The notes below the pieces were generated by a model, which searched no databases, was not told the origin of the DNA, and saw only the letters and a list, made by a program, of their open reading frames with translations. A stretch of 64,000 nt of DNA from Candidatus Omnitrophota bacterium (GTDB lineage: Bacteria > Omnitrophota > Gorgyraeia > Zapsychrales > Zapsychraceae). Numbering within the stretch: position 1 is the stretch's first letter; each line of letters opens with the position of its first letter. The position numbers were made by a program, and so were the translations under genes. Below are positions 8,476 through 22,232 of the stretch, one piece after another. Location of the stretch: assembly GCA_029261055.1 (NCBI GenBank), contig JAJDCA010000014.1, positions 207,984-271,983 on the forward strand, written 5' to 3'.

Positions 8476-11400
8476 ATGAAAAAAATAGTCATTCGGAATA
8501 CTAGTAAAACTCAAGATCATTTTGAGTTGCCCCATTTGTTGGATATTCAACTAGTGGCTTATGCTCATTTTTTACAAAGAGAAGTCCCTGCAGATAAAAA
8601 ACAAGATCATGGTATTGAAGAAGTCTTTCGTGAGGTTTTTCCGTTCGAGAGTTATGATGGCCAAGTAAGGTTAGAATACATAAGCTACACCTTAGGTAAA
8701 GAAAAATATTCATCATTAGAATGTAAGCGTCGAGGGATGAATTATGCAGCGCCTTTAAAAGTAAAGCTTCGTTTAATTACCCCCATTGATATTAAAGAGC
8801 AAGAAGTCTATTTTGGTGATTTTCCGCTCATGACGGATACAGGAACGTTTATTATTAATGGTGATGAAAGAGTTGTTGTGTCTCAAATTCAGCGTCCTCC
8901 AGGAGTTTCTTTTGAAGAGGAAATGCATCCTACAGGAAAATGTCTTTATCATGGACGGATTATCCCAACCCGGGGAGCCTGGTTTGAAATTAAATACGAT
9001 TTAAATAATATTTTGCTTGTATATGTTGATCGTCGGCGAAATTTTCCAGCTACACAGATTCTAAGAATTATGGGGCTATCCAGTAATGAGGATATTCAAA
9101 AATTTTTGGGAGATGATTTTGAGAAAATACAACCAACTTTAGAAAAAGATCATACAACGAATAAAGACGAAGCCCTTTTAGATTTTTATCGAAAAATGCG
9201 CCCAACGGAACCCGCAACCGTGGAAGTTGCCGATGCACTTTTTTACCGTTTATTTTTTGACCCAAAACGTTATGATTTGAGTAGAGTTGGTCGGTATATT
9301 GTTAATCGTAAATTAAAAATGGATGTACCTTTAGAAAATAAAGTTTTAGACATTAAGATGGTTGCAGAGGTTATTCGTTATTTAATAAATCTTCAAGAAG
9401 GTAAGGGCGAGACCGATGACATTGACCATTTAGGTAACAGGCGTATAAAGACAGTTGGGGAATTGGTCCAAAATCAAGTGCGTATTGGGCTTGCAAGAAT
9501 TGAAAGGTCCATTAAAGAACGCCTAGTTGTTATGAGTAATTTTGAAAATTTAACAGCCCATCATTTAATCAATTCCAGGCTTTTCTCAAATCAAATTCAA
9601 GATTTTTTTGCCCGAAGTCAGTTATCTCAGTTTATGGATCAGGTGAACCCTTTATCAGAGATGACCCACAAGCGAAGATTAAGTGCTTTAGGTCCTGGTG
9701 GTTTATCTAGAGAGCGTGCGGGCTTTGAGGTTCGTGATGTTCATCCAACGCATTATGGGCGCGTTTGTCCCATTGAAACACCGGAAGGCCCGAATATTGG
9801 GCTGATTTCTTCTTTGACAAATTGTTCTCGTGTTAATGAGTTAGGTTTTATTGAAACGCCTTATCGAAAAGTTGTCAAGGGACGTGTTACGAAAAAAATT
9901 GAGTATCTTACAGCTGACAAAGATCAGAATGAACATATTGCGCAGGCCAATGCAAAAATTGATTCTCAGGGGAATTTTGAGGATAAAGAAATTGTATGTC
10001 GATATAAAACTGATTTTCCAAAAGTTAAACCGGAAGATATTGGATATATGGATGTTTCCGCCTTGCAGATTGTTTCAACTGCAGCCTCGTTGATTCCTTT
10101 TTTAGAACATGATGATGCCAATCGTGCTTTAATGGGGTCAAATATGCAGAGACAGTCGGTTCCTTTAATGATACCGGAGGTTCCGCATGTTGGAACAGGT
10201 ATGGAAGGAAAGGTAGCTCGAGACTCAGGGGTTGTCGTGTTGGCAAAGAAAGCTGGAACAGTTACAAAAGCAGATGCCAAAGAAATTGTTGTTGATAAGG
10301 AGGTATATTCTTTGATGAATTATCAAAGAACAAATGCCAATACATGTATTCATCAACGTCCATTAATAAGTGTGGGTGATAAAGTAGCGGCTGGTCAAGT
10401 TGTTGCGGATGGTGTGGGAACTCAGCATGGGCGGTTAGCCTTGGGGCGTAATGTTTTAGTTGCCTTCATGCCATGGCGTGGATACAATTTTGAAGATGCT
10501 ATTTTAATTAATGAAAAGGTAGTCCGGGAAGATATTTTTACATCTATTCATATTGAGAAATTTGAATTGGAATGCCGAGAGACACGTTTAGGAAGCGAAG
10601 AAATTACAAGGGATATTCCTAATGTAAGTGAAGAAGCTTTAGTGAATTTGAATGAAGATGGGATTATCCGTATTGGTGCCGAAGTTAAGGCTGGAGATAT
10701 TCTTGTTGGTAAAGTTACGCCAAAAAGTGAAAAAGAACTTTCTCCGGAAGAAAGATTGTTGAGGGCGATATTCGGTGAAAAAGCTGCGGATATTCGTGAT
10801 ACCTCATTAACGCTTTCCCCTGGTATTCAAGGTGTTGTGGTTAATATTGAAGTTTTTCAACGGAATGAACGTGGACGAAAAACAAAGGCAGATAGAGTTA
10901 AAGAGCAGGAAGCTATTGAAAAAATTAAAGCCTATTACAAGCAAGAGATAGAGTTTGCTGAAAAAGAAAAAGAAAAACGTTTATGCAAGCTTCTAGGTAT
11001 TGATAAAACTAAATTTAGTCGGCTTAAGGTGGAAAAATTTGATGAAGATTCTGAAGAGCGTGAACTTCTTTCATTTTACAATGATAAAATTGCAGAACTT
11101 GTTGACGATGAAAGTCATGAAATTGAACGGATTAAACGCGGTGATGAATTGCCAGCAGGCGTCCTTAAAAGAGTTATTGTCTATGTGGCCACAAAACGAA
11201 AAATTTCTGAAGGTGACAAAATGGCAGGACGTCATGGAAATAAGGGGATTGTTTCACGTATATTGCCGTCAGAGGATATGCCGTTTTTAGCGGATGGAAC
11301 TCCTGTGGACATTGTATTAAATCCATTGGGTGTGCCTTCACGTATGAATGTGGGGCAGTTATTAGAAACTCATTTGGGTTGGGCTGCAAAGACGTTAGGT

Positions 11401-11946
11401 TTTCATGCCGAAACGCCTGTATTTAACGGCGCTTCTGAATTAGAAATACGTCAAGCTTTGAAGGATGCTGGGCTTCCTGAAGATGGAAAGACAACTGTGT
11501 ATGATGGATATTCCGGTATGCCGTTTGATCAAAAAGTTACGGTGGGTGTTATTTATATGTTCAAGTTAAACCATCTTGTTGATGAAAAAATACATGCACG
11601 TTCAATAGGTCCATACTCATTAGTAACTCAACAACCTCTCGGCGGGAAGGCTCATTTTGGAGGTCAGCGGTTTGGAGAAATGGAGGTTTGGGCATTAGAA
11701 GCTTATGGCGCGGCCTATACGCTTCAGGAAATGTTGACAGTGAAGAGTGATGATGTAACGGGACGAAGCAGAATGTATGAGGCGATTGTTAAAGGGCAGC
11801 AAAAATTAATTCCTGGAACACCAGAATCATTTAATGTCCTTGTAAAAGAATTACAGGGTTTGTGTTTAGATATCAAAATGGTCCGAATAAATTCGGATCA
11901 GCCAAAAACTAAACTTTTGAATAATCTAAAAGGACAAAAAAACTAA
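8476..11946 (+). CDS. rpoB: DNA-directed RNA polymerase subunit beta
   Basis: 1156 aa with conserved RpoB blocks. Confidence 0.97.
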   Translation: MKKIVIRNTSKTQDHFELPHLLDIQLVAYAHFLQREVPADKKQDHGIEEVFREVFPFESYDGQVRLEYISYTLGKEKYSSLECKRRGMNYAAPLKVKLRLITPIDIKEQEVYFGDFPLMTDTGTFIINGDERVVVSQIQRPPGVSFEEEMHPTGKCLYHGRIIPTRGAWFEIKYDLNNILLVYVDRRRNFPATQILRIMGLSSNEDIQKFLGDDFEKIQPTLEKDHTTNKDEALLDFYRKMRPTEPATVEVADALFYRLFFDPKRYDLSRVGRYIVNRKLKMDVPLENKVLDIKMVAEVIRYLINLQEGKGETDDIDHLGNRRIKTVGELVQNQVRIGLARIERSIKERLVVMSNFENLTAHHLINSRLFSNQIQDFFARSQLSQFMDQVNPLSEMTHKRRLSALGPGGLSRERAGFEVRDVHPTHYGRVCPIETPEGPNIGLISSLTNCSRVNELGFIETPYRKVVKGRVTKKIEYLTADKDQNEHIAQANAKIDSQGNFEDKEIVCRYKTDFPKVKPEDIGYMDVSALQIVSTAASLIPFLEHDDANRALMGSNMQRQSVPLMIPEVPHVGTGMEGKVARDSGVVVLAKKAGTVTKADAKEIVVDKEVYSLMNYQRTNANTCIHQRPLISVGDKVAAGQVVADGVGTQHGRLALGRNVLVAFMPWRGYNFEDAILINEKVVREDIFTSIHIEKFELECRETRLGSEEITRDIPNVSEEALVNLNEDGIIRIGAEVKAGDILVGKVTPKSEKELSPEERLLRAIFGEKAADIRDTSLTLSPGIQGVVVNIEVFQRNERGRKTKADRVKEQEAIEKIKAYYKQEIEFAEKEKEKRLCKLLGIDKTKFSRLKVEKFDEDSEERELLSFYNDKIAELVDDESHEIERIKRGDELPAGVLKRVIVYVATKRKISEGDKMAGRHGNKGIVSRILPSEDMPFLADGTPVDIVLNPLGVPSRMNVGQLLETHLGWAAKTLGFHAETPVFNGASELEIRQALKDAGLPEDGKTTVYDGYSGMPFDQKVTVGVIYMFKLNHLVDEKIHARSIGPYSLVTQQPLGGKAHFGGQRFGEMEVWALEAYGAAYTLQEMLTVKSDDVTGRSRMYEAIVKGQQKLIPGTPESFNVLVKELQGLCLDIKMVRINSDQPKTKLLNNLKGQKN

Positions 11947-11947
11947 T

Positions 11948-14900
11948 ATGATTAAGCCAAAAGAAAAAATAGCGAAGGTAGAAAAAGTAGACCATATTAG
12001 CATACAAATAGCTTCACCAGAGGTTATACGGGGATGGTCTTCAGGAATAATTTCTAAAGCAGAAACTCTTAATTATAGGACGTTAAAGCCTGAAAAAGAT
12101 GGTCTTTTTTGTGAAAAAATCTTTGGCCCTGTGCGTGATTGGGAGTGTAATTGCGGCAAATACAAGGGAATAAAATTTAAAGGTATTACATGCGATCGTT
12201 GTGGTGTTTTGGTAACGCGCTCATCAGTTCGTCGTGAACGCATGGGGCATATTGAATTAGCCTGCCCTGTAACACATATTTGGTTTTATAAGGCTGTCCC
12301 TAGTCGACTGGCCGCTTTATTACAGTTAAGCTTACGGGATTTAGAGAAGCTTATTTATTATGAAGAATACATTGTCATTGATCCGGGTGATACGTCCTTA
12401 AAGCTGAAACAATTATTGTCGGAAGATGAGTATCAAAACGCTTTAGTGAAATATGGTGGGGCCTTTAAAGCTAAAATAGGCGCTGTAGCTGTTAAGGAGC
12501 TGCTTCGTGAGATTGATCTTGCTCAACTGTGCAAAAAATTACGAAAAGATTTAGAAAAAACTAATCCTACCGGAACAAATGCTAAGAAAATTGCCAAGAC
12601 TCTCAAAATATGTGAAGATTTTAGAAGTTCAAATAATCTAGCTGAGTATATGGTCTTAGAGGTTCTCCCTGTGATTCCACCAGATTTAAGGCCGTTGGTG
12701 CCTCTCGAAGGTGGGCGTTTTGCTACATCAGATTTAAATGATCTATATCGTCGTGTTATTAACCGAAATAATCGATTAAAAAAATTGATTGATTTAAAGG
12801 CTCCTGAAATTATTTGCCGTAATGAAAAACGTATGCTTCAGGAAGCTGTCGATGCGCTATTAGATAATGGACGTCACGGTCGCCCAGTACTTGGTTCGGG
12901 TAATCGTCCTTTGAAATCGCTTTCGGATATGCTTAAAGGTAAACAAGGTCGATTTCGTATGAATCTTCTAGGAAAGCGTGTCGATTATTCAGGGCGTTCC
13001 GTTATCGTTGTTGGGCCAAAGTTAAAATTGCATCAATGTGGTCTTCCGAAGAAAATGGCATTAGAGCTTTTTGAACCATTTATTATCCGGAAACTTCGTG
13101 AAAAAGGTTTTGTCCATACAATCAAAGGGGCAAAGCGGATGGTTGAAAAAGCTAAAATTGAGGTATGGGATATCCTTGATGAAGTTATTCAAGACCACCC
13201 GATTATGCTGAATCGAGCTCCAACTTTGCATAGGCTCAGTATTCAAGCGTTTTATCCTGTGCTTGTTGAAGGGAAAGCTATAAAGCTTCATCCTTTAGTG
13301 TGTGCTGCATTTAATGCCGATTTTGATGGAGATCAAATGGCGGTCCATGTTCCATTATCTGCGGAAGCACAAATAGAATGTCGGTTAGAGTTATTGTCGA
13401 TTAACAATTTATTTTCTCCAGCTGATGGACGACCGGTTATTACGCCATCTCAAGATGTCGTTTTAGGGTTATATTATATGACCAAAGAGGATCAGGTTGT
13501 CAAAGAGGGGGATAAGGTATATGGCTCAAGAGAAGAGGTTGTTATTGCATTTAATGATGGGGTTTTAAATATACATAAAAGTCTAAAATTGCGACTTGAT
13601 AAACCTGTGTGGGGCGAAGAAAAGCCTTCTTTAATTATTTCTCAAGAAAAAGCTATTCAAGGAACTGAAAGTGCTAATGAGGAGAAATCAAAGTATAATA
13701 TTATTGAAACAACAGTTGGGCGCGTTTTGTTCAATGAAATTTTACCGGAAGAATTTGGGTTTGTTAATGAGTTATTAGATAAGAAGAAAATAGGATCCAT
13801 TGTATCTAATTGTTATAAGCGTTTTGGTCAGAGTATGACTATAATTCTTTTAGATGACTTAAAAAATCTTGGCTTCGCGCATGCAACTTTGGCTGGAATT
13901 TCCATCAGTATATCCGATATGACAATGCCTAAAGAAAAATTTGATATTTTAAAAAGCTCCAAGGCGGAAGTTGCTAAAGTTGAAGAGCAATACCGAAAAG
14001 GAATTATTACAGGGCGTGAGCGATACAATAAAATTATTGATGTTTGGACGCATACGACAGAATCAGTTTCTGATTTAGTTTTTAAGCGTATGGATCCATT
14101 TAACCCTGTTTTTATTATGGCAGATTCCGGTGCGAGAGGTTCGCGTCTTCAAATTAGACAACTTTCTGGTATGCGTGGGTTGATGGCTAAGCCTTCAGGG
14201 GAAATTATTGAAAATCCTATTACGGCAAGTTTTCGCGAAGGGTTGACGGTGTTGGAATACTTTATCTCAACGCATGGTGCACGTAAAGGGCTTGCAGATA
14301 CAGCTTTGAAAACAGCCGATGCGGGTTATTTAACAAGGCGACTTGTCGATGTGGCTCAAGAAATGGTTGTTACTGAAATGGACTGTAAAACGATGAATGG
14401 AATTACAGTTGCGGCTATTGTTGAAGGAGATGAATTGGTTGTGAGTTTGAAAGAGCGCATTACAGGGCGCGTCGCATTGGATAGTATTGTGGATGTCGTT
14501 ACTGACCAGCGTGTTGTCGAAGCTGGCGATATTATTACCGAAGAGACATCTGAATTTATCGAACATTTGGGTATCGAAAAAGTTCGTATTCGAAGTGTCT
14601 TGACATGTGAGGCTGCACGTGGATTGTGTGTAAAATGTTATGGGCGAAATTTAGCAACACAGCGTTTAGTTGAAATTGGTGAAGCTGTTGGGACCATTGC
14701 TGCCCAAAGTATCGGCGAGCCAGGAACTCAGTTGACAATGCGTACATTTCATATTGGGGGGACAGCAAGTCGTTCCATTGAGCAATCATTTTATAAGGCA
14801 AAAAATGATGGCATGGTTAAATATCATCAATTACGCGTCGTCGAGAAAGGTAAAGAATTTATTGTACTTAACCGAAATGGCTCGATTAGTATTAATAATG

Positions 14901-16075
14901 AATTTGGGCGTGAATTTGAAAGATATCAGCTTCCTCAAGGAGCTGTCATAAAATTTGCAGATAATGCCAATATTAAAAAAGAAACTGTTTTTGTTACGTG
15001 GGACCCATACACTATTCCAATTATTACTGAAGTGAAGGGGTTTGTAAGTTCGGAAGATGTGATTTCTGACGTAACAGTTCAGGAGGAGCAAAATCCTGTT
15101 ACGGGTGTTACAGAACGAGTCGTCGTCGAGCATAAGCAAGAGTATTCTCCGCAAATTATTATTACCGACGAGAAAGGTGAAGTCGTGGGGATTTATTCAA
15201 TTCCTATCGGCGCGCATATCCGCGTACAAGATAAGCAGGCCATCCGTGCTGGTGACTTAATTGCTAAAATTCCACGAGGAGCAGGTAAGACAAGAGATAT
15301 TACGGGCGGTCTTCCACGGGTTGCAGAATTATTTGAAGCGCGTAAACCTAAAGACCCTGCAATTATTAGTGAAATAGATGGTACGGTTGAATTTGGAGAA
15401 GATAAGCGTGGTCGTCGAACTATTATTGTAAAAAGTCAAACGGACATGACGGTGGAATATACCATACCTCATGGAAAGCATCCGAATGTTTATAAAGGGG
15501 ATCGTGTATTTTCAGGTCAGCAATTAACAGATGGCCCTGTTGTTCCTCATGATATTTTGAGAGTTTGTGGAGATAAAGTTCTTCAAGAATATTTACTTAA
15601 TGAAGTTCAAGAGGTTTATCGGCTCCAGGGTGTGCGTATTAATGATAAACATATCGAGTTAATTATTTCTCAAATGCTCAAAAAAGTTAAAATTGAAAAT
15701 TCTGGTGATACAGATTTCTTGATTGGCGAGAGTATAGATCGTAATGCATTTAAAAGAGCAAATGAAAAAGTATTAACAAAAAAAGGAAAACCAGCTCAAG
15801 CCACACCAATACTTTTAGGGATCACAAAGGTTTCCTTGACGACGGATAGCTTTATATCTGCGGCAAGTTTTCAAGAAACAACAAGGGTCTTGACAGATGC
15901 AGCTTCTTCTGGTAAAATTGACGTTCTTTCCGGCTTGAAAGAGAACGTAATTGTAGGGCATCTCGTACCAGCAGGGACGGGATTAAAACAATATGAACAA
16001 GTAGAAATGGTGAAATATGCCAACGATACAACAACTGATTCGGAAGAGAAGAACACAGAAAAGCAAGAAGAGTAA
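11948..16075 (+). CDS. rpoC: DNA-directed RNA polymerase subunit beta'
   Basis: 1375 aa with the Zn-binding [12 protein letters not shown] motif and NADFDGD catalytic motif. Starts 1 nt after the rpoB stop. Confidence 0.97.
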   Translation: MIKPKEKIAKVEKVDHISIQIASPEVIRGWSSGIISKAETLNYRTLKPEKDGLFCEKIFGPVRDWECNCGKYKGIKFKGITCDRCGVLVTRSSVRRERMGHIELACPVTHIWFYKAVPSRLAALLQLSLRDLEKLIYYEEYIVIDPGDTSLKLKQLLSEDEYQNALVKYGGAFKAKIGAVAVKELLREIDLAQLCKKLRKDLEKTNPTGTNAKKIAKTLKICEDFRSSNNLAEYMVLEVLPVIPPDLRPLVPLEGGRFATSDLNDLYRRVINRNNRLKKLIDLKAPEIICRNEKRMLQEAVDALLDNGRHGRPVLGSGNRPLKSLSDMLKGKQGRFRMNLLGKRVDYSGRSVIVVGPKLKLHQCGLPKKMALELFEPFIIRKLREKGFVHTIKGAKRMVEKAKIEVWDILDEVIQDHPIMLNRAPTLHRLSIQAFYPVLVEGKAIKLHPLVCAAFNADFDGDQMAVHVPLSAEAQIECRLELLSINNLFSPADGRPVITPSQDVVLGLYYMTKEDQVVKEGDKVYGSREEVVIAFNDGVLNIHKSLKLRLDKPVWGEEKPSLIISQEKAIQGTESANEEKSKYNIIETTVGRVLFNEILPEEFGFVNELLDKKKIGSIVSNCYKRFGQSMTIILLDDLKNLGFAHATLAGISISISDMTMPKEKFDILKSSKAEVAKVEEQYRKGIITGRERYNKIIDVWTHTTESVSDLVFKRMDPFNPVFIMADSGARGSRLQIRQLSGMRGLMAKPSGEIIENPITASFREGLTVLEYFISTHGARKGLADTALKTADAGYLTRRLVDVAQEMVVTEMDCKTMNGITVAAIVEGDELVVSLKERITGRVALDSIVDVVTDQRVVEAGDIITEETSEFIEHLGIEKVRIRSVLTCEAARGLCVKCYGRNLATQRLVEIGEAVGTIAAQSIGEPGTQLTMRTFHIGGTASRSIEQSFYKAKNDGMVKYHQLRVVEKGKEFIVLNRNGSISINNEFGREFERYQLPQGAVIKFADNANIKKETVFVTWDPYTIPIITEVKGFVSSEDVISDVTVQEEQNPVTGVTERVVVEHKQEYSPQIIITDEKGEVVGIYSIPIGAHIRVQDKQAIRAGDLIAKIPRGAGKTRDITGGLPRVAELFEARKPKDPAIISEIDGTVEFGEDKRGRRTIIVKSQTDMTVEYTIPHGKHPNVYKGDRVFSGQQLTDGPVVPHDILRVCGDKVLQEYLLNEVQEVYRLQGVRINDKHIELIISQMLKKVKIENSGDTDFLIGESIDRNAFKRANEKVLTKKGKPAQATPILLGITKVSLTTDSFISAASFQETTRVLTDAASSGKIDVLSGLKENVIVGHLVPAGTGLKQYEQVEMVKYANDTTTDSEEKNTEKQEE

Positions 16076-16397
16076 ATCGCCTGCATTAACAAATTGTCCT
16101 TTTCGTAGAGGCGTTTGTCTTCAGGTGAAAACAATGACACCAAAAAAACCTAATTCGGCTTTACGTAAAATAGCCAGGGTTCGGTTGTCAAATAAATTTG
16201 AAGTAACTTCATATATTCCGGGTGAGGGACATAACTTACAAGAACATTCAATTGTACTTGTTCGAGGTGGACGTGTTAAAGATTTACCGGGAGTTCGTTA
16301 CCATATTGTAAGAGGCTCATTAGACACTGCAGGTGTCAATAAAAGAAAAAAATCCCGTTCCAAATATGGAACTAAAAAAGAAAAAGTAAAATCTTAA
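16017..16397 (+). CDS. rpsL: 30S ribosomal protein S12
   Basis: [10 protein letters not shown]...[10 protein letters not shown] canonical S12. The start lies 59 nt inside the rpoC 3' end. Confidence 0.93.
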   Translation: MPTIQQLIRKRRTQKSKKSKSPALTNCPFRRGVCLQVKTMTPKKPNSALRKIARVRLSNKFEVTSYIPGEGHNLQEHSIVLVRGGRVKDLPGVRYHIVRGSLDTAGVNKRKKSRSKYGTKKEKVKS

Positions 16398-16400
16398 GTT

Positions 16401-16871
16401 ATGAGAAGACGAAAAGCAGAACGAAGAATAGTAGAACCTGATGCAAAATATAATAGTCGTTTAGTGGCAAAATTTATCAATGCTGTTATGCTCGAAGGCA
16501 AAAAAACTGTAGCAGAACACATTGTCTATGGCGCCTTAGACGTGATTGAAACAAAGACACATGAAAATAATGGTTTAAAAGTATTTAATAAGGCGATTGA
16601 AAATGTGCGACCCAGGCTTGAAGTAAAAGCCCGGCGAGTAGGGGGTGCAACCTATCAAGTTCCCACCGAAGTTTCTTCAGCCCGAGGAAATGCATTAGCC
16701 ATGCGATGGATAAGAGATTTTTCCCGTAAGAAAAAGGGAAAAGCTATGATGAATAAATTGGCAGATGAACTCCTCTCTGCATACAAAGGAGAAGGCGCAG
16801 CCGTTAAAAAGCGTGATGACACGCATAAAATGGCTGATTCCAACAAGGCTTTTTCTCACCTACGGTGGTAA
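16401..16871 (+). CDS. rpsG: 30S ribosomal protein S7
   Basis: 156 aa; str operon position. Confidence 0.95.
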   Translation: MRRRKAERRIVEPDAKYNSRLVAKFINAVMLEGKKTVAEHIVYGALDVIETKTHENNGLKVFNKAIENVRPRLEVKARRVGGATYQVPTEVSSARGNALAMRWIRDFSRKKKGKAMMNKLADELLSAYKGEGAAVKKRDDTHKMADSNKAFSHLRW

Positions 16872-16877
16872 ATAAAA

Positions 16878-18971
16878 ATGGCAGAATTCGAACTTAAAGA
16901 TGTAAGAAACATAGGCATTATTGCGCATATTGATGCCGGTAAAACAACGACCACAGAACGCATTTTGTTCTATTGTGGAGAAATTCATAAGATGGGTACC
17001 GTTGATGAAGGTAACGCCACTATGGATTGGATGGCTCAAGAGCAAGAGCGAGGTATTACGATTACTTCTGCTAATACGACGTGCTATTGGAAAGATAAGA
17101 AAATAAATATTATTGATACTCCGGGACACGTTGATTTTACTATTGAGGTCGAGAGATCTTTAAAGGTTTTAGATGGTGCGGTTGTTGTTTTGTGTGCAAC
17201 CAGCGGTGTTCAGTCTCAGACAGAAACTGTTTGGCGTCAAGCAGATCGTTATAAAGTTCCACGTGTCGCATTTATTAATAAATTAGATCGCCTTGGAGCC
17301 AGTTTTGACCGCGTCCTTGGGGAAATTCATGAGCGTTTAGGTGCTAATGCAGCAGCAATTCAGTTTCCTAATGCTTCGGAAGAGGATTTCAAGGGTATTG
17401 TCGATGTTGTTACAGAAAAATACCATGTCTACAATGATGATAAGGGTGAGGATATTACGGTATCCGATGTTCCTGAAGAATTTCAAGAAAAATTAAAGGA
17501 ATTTAGACATGTTTTATTGGAGCGATTATCTGATGCTGACGATGAGATTATGGAAAAATTCCTAGAAGAAAAAGAAATTACGACCGAAGATATTAAATCT
17601 GCTATTCGACGGGCTGTTGTTAAGAGTGCATTTTTACCTGTTTTATGTGGAACGGCTTTACGAAATAAAGGTGTTCAATTGGTGTTAGATGCAGTAAATG
17701 ATTATTTGCCGTCCCCATTAGATGTTCCCCCTGTTGAAGGGATAGATATTGAAACAGAAGAAAAAATTACACGTGAGACAAAGGTTGAAGAACCTCTAAG
17801 TGCGCTTGTTTTTAAAGTTGCAACAGATCCATATGTGGGAAAATTATTTTATACAAGAATATATTCTGGTGTAATTACATCAGGTACACAAGTCTACAAT
17901 TCTTCAGAAGACAAAAAAGAAAGAATAGCAAAAATTGTTGTTATGCACTCTAATAAGCAAGAAATTGTGCCACAAGCTGCTGCTGGGGAAATTGTCGCCC
18001 TGGTCGGGTTGAAACAGTCGAAATCAGGAAATACGCTTTGTGATTTTGATAATAAAATTCTTATTGAGAATATGCGAATTCCTGAGCCTGTTGTGTCTAT
18101 GTCTATTGAACCAAAGACTAAAGCTGATCAAGATAAAATGGGTTTAACTTTGAAGAAATTTTTGGATGAGGATCCTTCGTTAAGGGTTAAATATGATGAT
18201 GATACTGCGCAGACTATAATTTCAGGGATGGGAGAATTGCATTTAGAGATTATTATTGACCGCATGAAGAGAGAATTTAATTTAGATACAAATATAGGTC
18301 GTCCGCAGGTTGCGTACAAAGAAACTATTACAGGAAAAGCTAATAATATTTCAGGGAAATTTATTACGCAAACAGGTGGGCGTGGACAATATGGACATTG
18401 TGTTATTAATATTGAGCCGGCAGAGAAAAAAGGGGCTGGCGTTACATTTATAAATCAGATTAAAGGTGGTGCTATTCCCCGAGAATATATTAAACCTGTT
18501 GAAAAAGGTATTCGTGATGGTGCTTTAACAGGTATTTTGGCAGGGTATCCTGTTACAGATTTTACGATTACTTTAATTGACGGATCATATCATGATGTGG
18601 ATTCTAGTGAGCTTGCTTTTCATTTGGCTGCTAAAGCGGCTTTAAAAGAAGGTTTACACAAGGCTGGTTCTGTATTTTTGGAGCCGATTATGGATGTTGA
18701 ATTGGGTGCTCCTGAAGAGTTCATGGGGCCTGTCTTAGGTGATTTAAATCAACGACGAGCTAAGATTGTTAATCTTGGGAATATAGGAAATTTAAAAACA
18801 GCGCGTTGTGAAGTTCCATTAGCAGAAATGTTTAATTATGCTAATGCTTTAAGATCTTTAACTCAAGGTCGAGCATCATTTTCAATGGAGCCGGCTTTTT
18901 ATGCAGAAGTGCCGAAGTATATTGCCGACAAAATTATTGGAGCAAGAGAAGAATTATCTGGTAAAAAATAG
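16878..18971 (+). CDS. fusA: elongation factor G
   Basis: [13 protein letters not shown]-domain motif; 697 aa. Confidence 0.97.
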   Translation: MAEFELKDVRNIGIIAHIDAGKTTTTERILFYCGEIHKMGTVDEGNATMDWMAQEQERGITITSANTTCYWKDKKINIIDTPGHVDFTIEVERSLKVLDGAVVVLCATSGVQSQTETVWRQADRYKVPRVAFINKLDRLGASFDRVLGEIHERLGANAAAIQFPNASEEDFKGIVDVVTEKYHVYNDDKGEDITVSDVPEEFQEKLKEFRHVLLERLSDADDEIMEKFLEEKEITTEDIKSAIRRAVVKSAFLPVLCGTALRNKGVQLVLDAVNDYLPSPLDVPPVEGIDIETEEKITRETKVEEPLSALVFKVATDPYVGKLFYTRIYSGVITSGTQVYNSSEDKKERIAKIVVMHSNKQEIVPQAAAGEIVALVGLKQSKSGNTLCDFDNKILIENMRIPEPVVSMSIEPKTKADQDKMGLTLKKFLDEDPSLRVKYDDDTAQTIISGMGELHLEIIIDRMKREFNLDTNIGRPQVAYKETITGKANNISGKFITQTGGRGQYGHCVINIEPAEKKGAGVTFINQIKGGAIPREYIKPVEKGIRDGALTGILAGYPVTDFTITLIDGSYHDVDSSELAFHLAAKAALKEGLHKAGSVFLEPIMDVELGAPEEFMGPVLGDLNQRRAKIVNLGNIGNLKTARCEVPLAEMFNYANALRSLTQGRASFSMEPAFYAEVPKYIADKIIGAREELSGKK

Positions 18972-18994
18972 AATGAAAAAAGGAGATATTAAAA

Positions 18995-20188
18995 ATGGCT
19001 AAAGAAAAATTCGTACGAAACAAACCGCATTTAAACATTGGAACCATAGGGCACGTTGACCACGGAAAAACAACCCTTAGTGCTGCGATTACAACATATT
19101 TAGAAAAAGACGGTATGGCTCAAGCAAGATCTTATGATTCTATTGATAATGCTCCTGAAGAAAAAGAGCGAGGGGTTACGATTAATATTGCTCACTTAGA
19201 GTATGAAACAGAAAAGCGTCATTATGCTCATATTGATTGTCCGGGACATGCTGATTATATTAAAAATATGATCACCGGGGCGGCTCAAATGGATGGGGCT
19301 ATCCTTGTGGTTTCTGCTGCTGATGGGGCGATGCCTCAAACCAAAGAGCATATCCTTTTAGCTCGCCAGGTAAATGTTCCTTCATTAGTTGTTTTTTTAA
19401 ACAAATGTGACCAAGTTGAAGATAAAGAGCTTCTTGAGCTCGTTGAAATGGAATTGAGAGAACTTTTAACAAAATATCAATATGATGGAGATAACACACC
19501 TATTATTCAGGGGAGTGCATTGCAAGCTCTTGAGAATATGGGCGATGCCGAAAAAACAAAGCCTATTGATGATCTTATGAAGGCTGTTGATGATTTTATT
19601 CCAGAGCCACCGCGCGAATTAGATAAGCCATTTTTGATGGCTGTTGAAGATGTTTTTTCAATCTCTGGTCGGGGAACTGTTGCGACAGGGCGGATTGAAA
19701 GAGGTAAGGTTCATGTGGGTGAAGAAGTGGAAATTGTAGGTATGAAAGAAGAGATTGCTAAGACTATAGTTACTGGTGTCGAAATGTTTCGTAAGGAATT
19801 AGATGAAGGCCAAGCAGGCGACAATGTTGGGCTACTATTAAGAGGTGTTGATAAAGAAAGTATCGAAAGAGGGCAAGTTTTAGCGGAAAAGGGTTCAATC
19901 AAATCGCATACAAAATTTAAAGCTAAGGCATACATTTTAACAAAAGAAGAAGGTGGTCGACACACCCCATTTTTTAAAGGGTATAGACCACAATTTTACT
20001 TTCGTACTACAGACGTTACAGGAACGGCAACGCTACCAGAAGGTGTTGAAATGTGCATGCCTGGTGATGACGTGGAAATGGAAGTTGAATTGATCGTGCC
20101 TATCGCGATTGAAAAGGAATTAAGATTTGCTATTCGTGAGGGTGGGCGTACTGTTGGGGCCGGCGTTATTCATGAGATTCTGGCATAA
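18995..20188 (+). CDS. tuf: elongation factor Tu
   Basis: [18 protein letters not shown] and NKCD motifs; 397 aa. Confidence 0.97.
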   Translation: MAKEKFVRNKPHLNIGTIGHVDHGKTTLSAAITTYLEKDGMAQARSYDSIDNAPEEKERGVTINIAHLEYETEKRHYAHIDCPGHADYIKNMITGAAQMDGAILVVSAADGAMPQTKEHILLARQVNVPSLVVFLNKCDQVEDKELLELVEMELRELLTKYQYDGDNTPIIQGSALQALENMGDAEKTKPIDDLMKAVDDFIPEPPRELDKPFLMAVEDVFSISGRGTVATGRIERGKVHVGEEVEIVGMKEEIAKTIVTGVEMFRKELDEGQAGDNVGLLLRGVDKESIERGQVLAEKGSIKSHTKFKAKAYILTKEEGGRHTPFFKGYRPQFYFRTTDVTGTATLPEGVEMCMPGDDVEMEVELIVPIAIEKELRFAIREGGRTVGAGVIHEILA

Positions 20189-20206
20189 AATAGGTTTAAT
20201 GATATT

Positions 20207-20509
20207 ATGCAAAAAATAAGAATAAGATTAAAAGCCTTTGATCATCGACTTATTGATCAGTCGGCACAAGAAATAGTTGATACAGCAATACGTACTGGTG
20301 CAAAAGTTTCGGGACCAGTGCCATTGCCAACAAAAAAAGAGCTTTATACTGTTTTAAGATCTCCTGTTATTGATAAAAAATCCAGGGAGCAATTTGGTCT
20401 TGCAACACATAAGAGACTAATTGATCTTATTGAGCCAACAGGTAAAACAGTAGAGGCTTTGCGAAAACTTAACTTACCCGCAGGGGTAGATGTGGAAATC
20501 AAACAATGA
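20207..20509 (+). CDS. rpsJ: 30S ribosomal protein S10
   Basis: [19 protein letters not shown]... canonical S10. Confidence 0.95.
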   Translation: MQKIRIRLKAFDHRLIDQSAQEIVDTAIRTGAKVSGPVPLPTKKELYTVLRSPVIDKKSREQFGLATHKRLIDLIEPTGKTVEALRKLNLPAGVDVEIKQ

Positions 20510-21243
20510 TTAATGGCTTATTAGGAAAAAAAGTTGGCATGACTCAAATTTTTGATAAGGAGGGAAATATTATTCCTGTAACACTTATTGAAACGGGTCC
20601 TTGTAAGATTGTAGAGCTTCTTGACTCCCCTCTGAAGGTTAAAGTAGGTTTTGATGAGACTAAAGAATCAAGAGTAACAAAGCCTCTGCGAGGAATGTAT
20701 AAAAAAGCTGGTGTTAATCCTATGCGTATCTGTAAAGAGTTTTTTTCTTCTGATAATAAAGATTATACAATTGGGCAAGAAATAAAAGCCGATTTATTCA
20801 AGCCGGGTGATTATGTTGATATTTCTGGGAAATCTATAGGAAAAGGATTTCAAGGTGGCATGAAGCGCTGGGGATGGTCTGGTGGTCCTGCAGGGCATGG
20901 TTCCAGGCATCATAGGCGAGTAGGATCCATTGGAGCCTGTGCTGATCCATCGAAAACAAACAGAGGTCGCCATATGCCCGGTCAAATGGGTGCAACGAAC
21001 GTTACCGTGCAAGGTTTAAGGGTCATGGATGTTAATTCAGAAAAAAATATTATTTTAGTTAAAGGTGCTGTCCCAGGATGTGTTAATGCTATTGTTACGC
21101 TTAATCTTTCAAAAAAGAAGAAATTTAAGGCTTTGGATGAAAAGAAAAAAGTTGTGGTTCATAAAGTAAATCCGATGAAACAAAGCAAGGCTAAGGCTGG
21201 TGCAAGCAAGGCAAAAGGTAAATCTAAAGGTAAAAAGAAATAA
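20506..21243 (+). CDS. rplC: 50S ribosomal protein L3 (with ~35-aa Lys-rich C-terminal extension)
   Basis: L3 core is followed by [43 protein letters not shown]. 245 aa versus the usual ~210. Confidence 0.92.
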   Translation: MINGLLGKKVGMTQIFDKEGNIIPVTLIETGPCKIVELLDSPLKVKVGFDETKESRVTKPLRGMYKKAGVNPMRICKEFFSSDNKDYTIGQEIKADLFKPGDYVDISGKSIGKGFQGGMKRWGWSGGPAGHGSRHHRRVGSIGACADPSKTNRGRHMPGQMGATNVTVQGLRVMDVNSEKNIILVKGAVPGCVNAIVTLNLSKKKKFKALDEKKKVVVHKVNPMKQSKAKAGASKAKGKSKGKKK

Positions 21244-21254
21244 GGGAGAATTAA

Positions 21255-21908
21255 GTGGCGGTTCTTGCAGTAACAGATAAAAACGGAAAAAAGACTGAAA
21301 GCATTGAATTACCTGATGCAATTTTTAATCCAAAAATTAATACAAAAGTGATTCATCAAGCAGTTGTGATGTATCAAGCTTCTCTTAGAGAGGGTAATGC
21401 CTCAACCAAAGAACGTGCAGATGTTTCTGGAGGAGGGCGAAAGCCTTATCGTCAAAAAGGGACGGGTCGTGCACGAGCTGGTTCATCCCGTTCACCATTG
21501 TGGAGAGGTGGTGGAACCACTTTTGGTCCACATCCTAGAGATTTTAGCTATACATTGCCAAAAAAGATAAGAACAGCAGCTTTGAGAGAAAGTTTAAACG
21601 TGAAGTATCAAGATAACAATATACTCTGTGTTGAAGATTTGAATGAGGCTCTAAATAAAACAAAAGAATTTGCAGGTATATTAAAAAATTTAAATCTTAA
21701 TGGAAAGATTCTTGCCATTTTAGATGGAAGTGATCCCGCTATTCAGCGTGTTTCACAAAATATTGCACGATTATCTTTAATGAGATCTCAAGATGTCAAT
21801 GCGTACGACGTAATGCGATGTAAAAAAATATTAGTATCTAGAAGTGCGATTACAAATTTGATAACTAGAGTTGAAACAAAACAAGTTAAGACTGAGAATA
21901 AAGAATGA
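21255..21908 (+). CDS. rplD: 50S ribosomal protein L4
   Basis: GTG start; S10 operon order. Confidence 0.9.
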   Translation: MAVLAVTDKNGKKTESIELPDAIFNPKINTKVIHQAVVMYQASLREGNASTKERADVSGGGRKPYRQKGTGRARAGSSRSPLWRGGGTTFGPHPRDFSYTLPKKIRTAALRESLNVKYQDNNILCVEDLNEALNKTKEFAGILKNLNLNGKILAILDGSDPAIQRVSQNIARLSLMRSQDVNAYDVMRCKKILVSRSAITNLITRVETKQVKTENKE

Positions 21909-22183
21909 TTACCTGTTACGATATAATTAAAGCTTTGCTCCGTACAGAAAAAGGAGCTATGTTCGAGTCTGATAGAAAATATTTTTTTCAGGTAGCTTCA
22001 AAATCTAATAAAATAGAAATTAAAAAGGCTATCGAAGAAATTTATAAAGTAAAGGTTGCTTCTGTTAATACAACAATGGTTCCTGGAAAATTGAAAAGAG
22101 TTCGCAGGGAAATTGGAAGAACAACATCTTGGAAAAAGGCCATCGTTACTTTAAAAGAAGGTCAAAAAATAGAAACAACTTGA
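21905..22183 (+). CDS. rplW: 50S ribosomal protein L23
   Basis: 92 aa; operon position. Confidence 0.92.
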   Translation: MITCYDIIKALLRTEKGAMFESDRKYFFQVASKSNKIEIKKAIEEIYKVKVASVNTTMVPGKLKRVRREIGRTTSWKKAIVTLKEGQKIETT

Positions 22184-22232
22184 TGTAGTGTTCACAAAGC
22201 ATTTTTAGAATACTATACTTGGGGATAATTAA

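Noticed and set aside
9851-16143. Numerous 60-130-aa alternative-frame ORFs within rpoB, rpoC, fusA and tuf (e.g. 9851-10093, 13061-13291, 14831-15154, 16921-17106, 19299-19499)
   Set aside because: Embedded in long, well-supported conserved genes; no independent signals.
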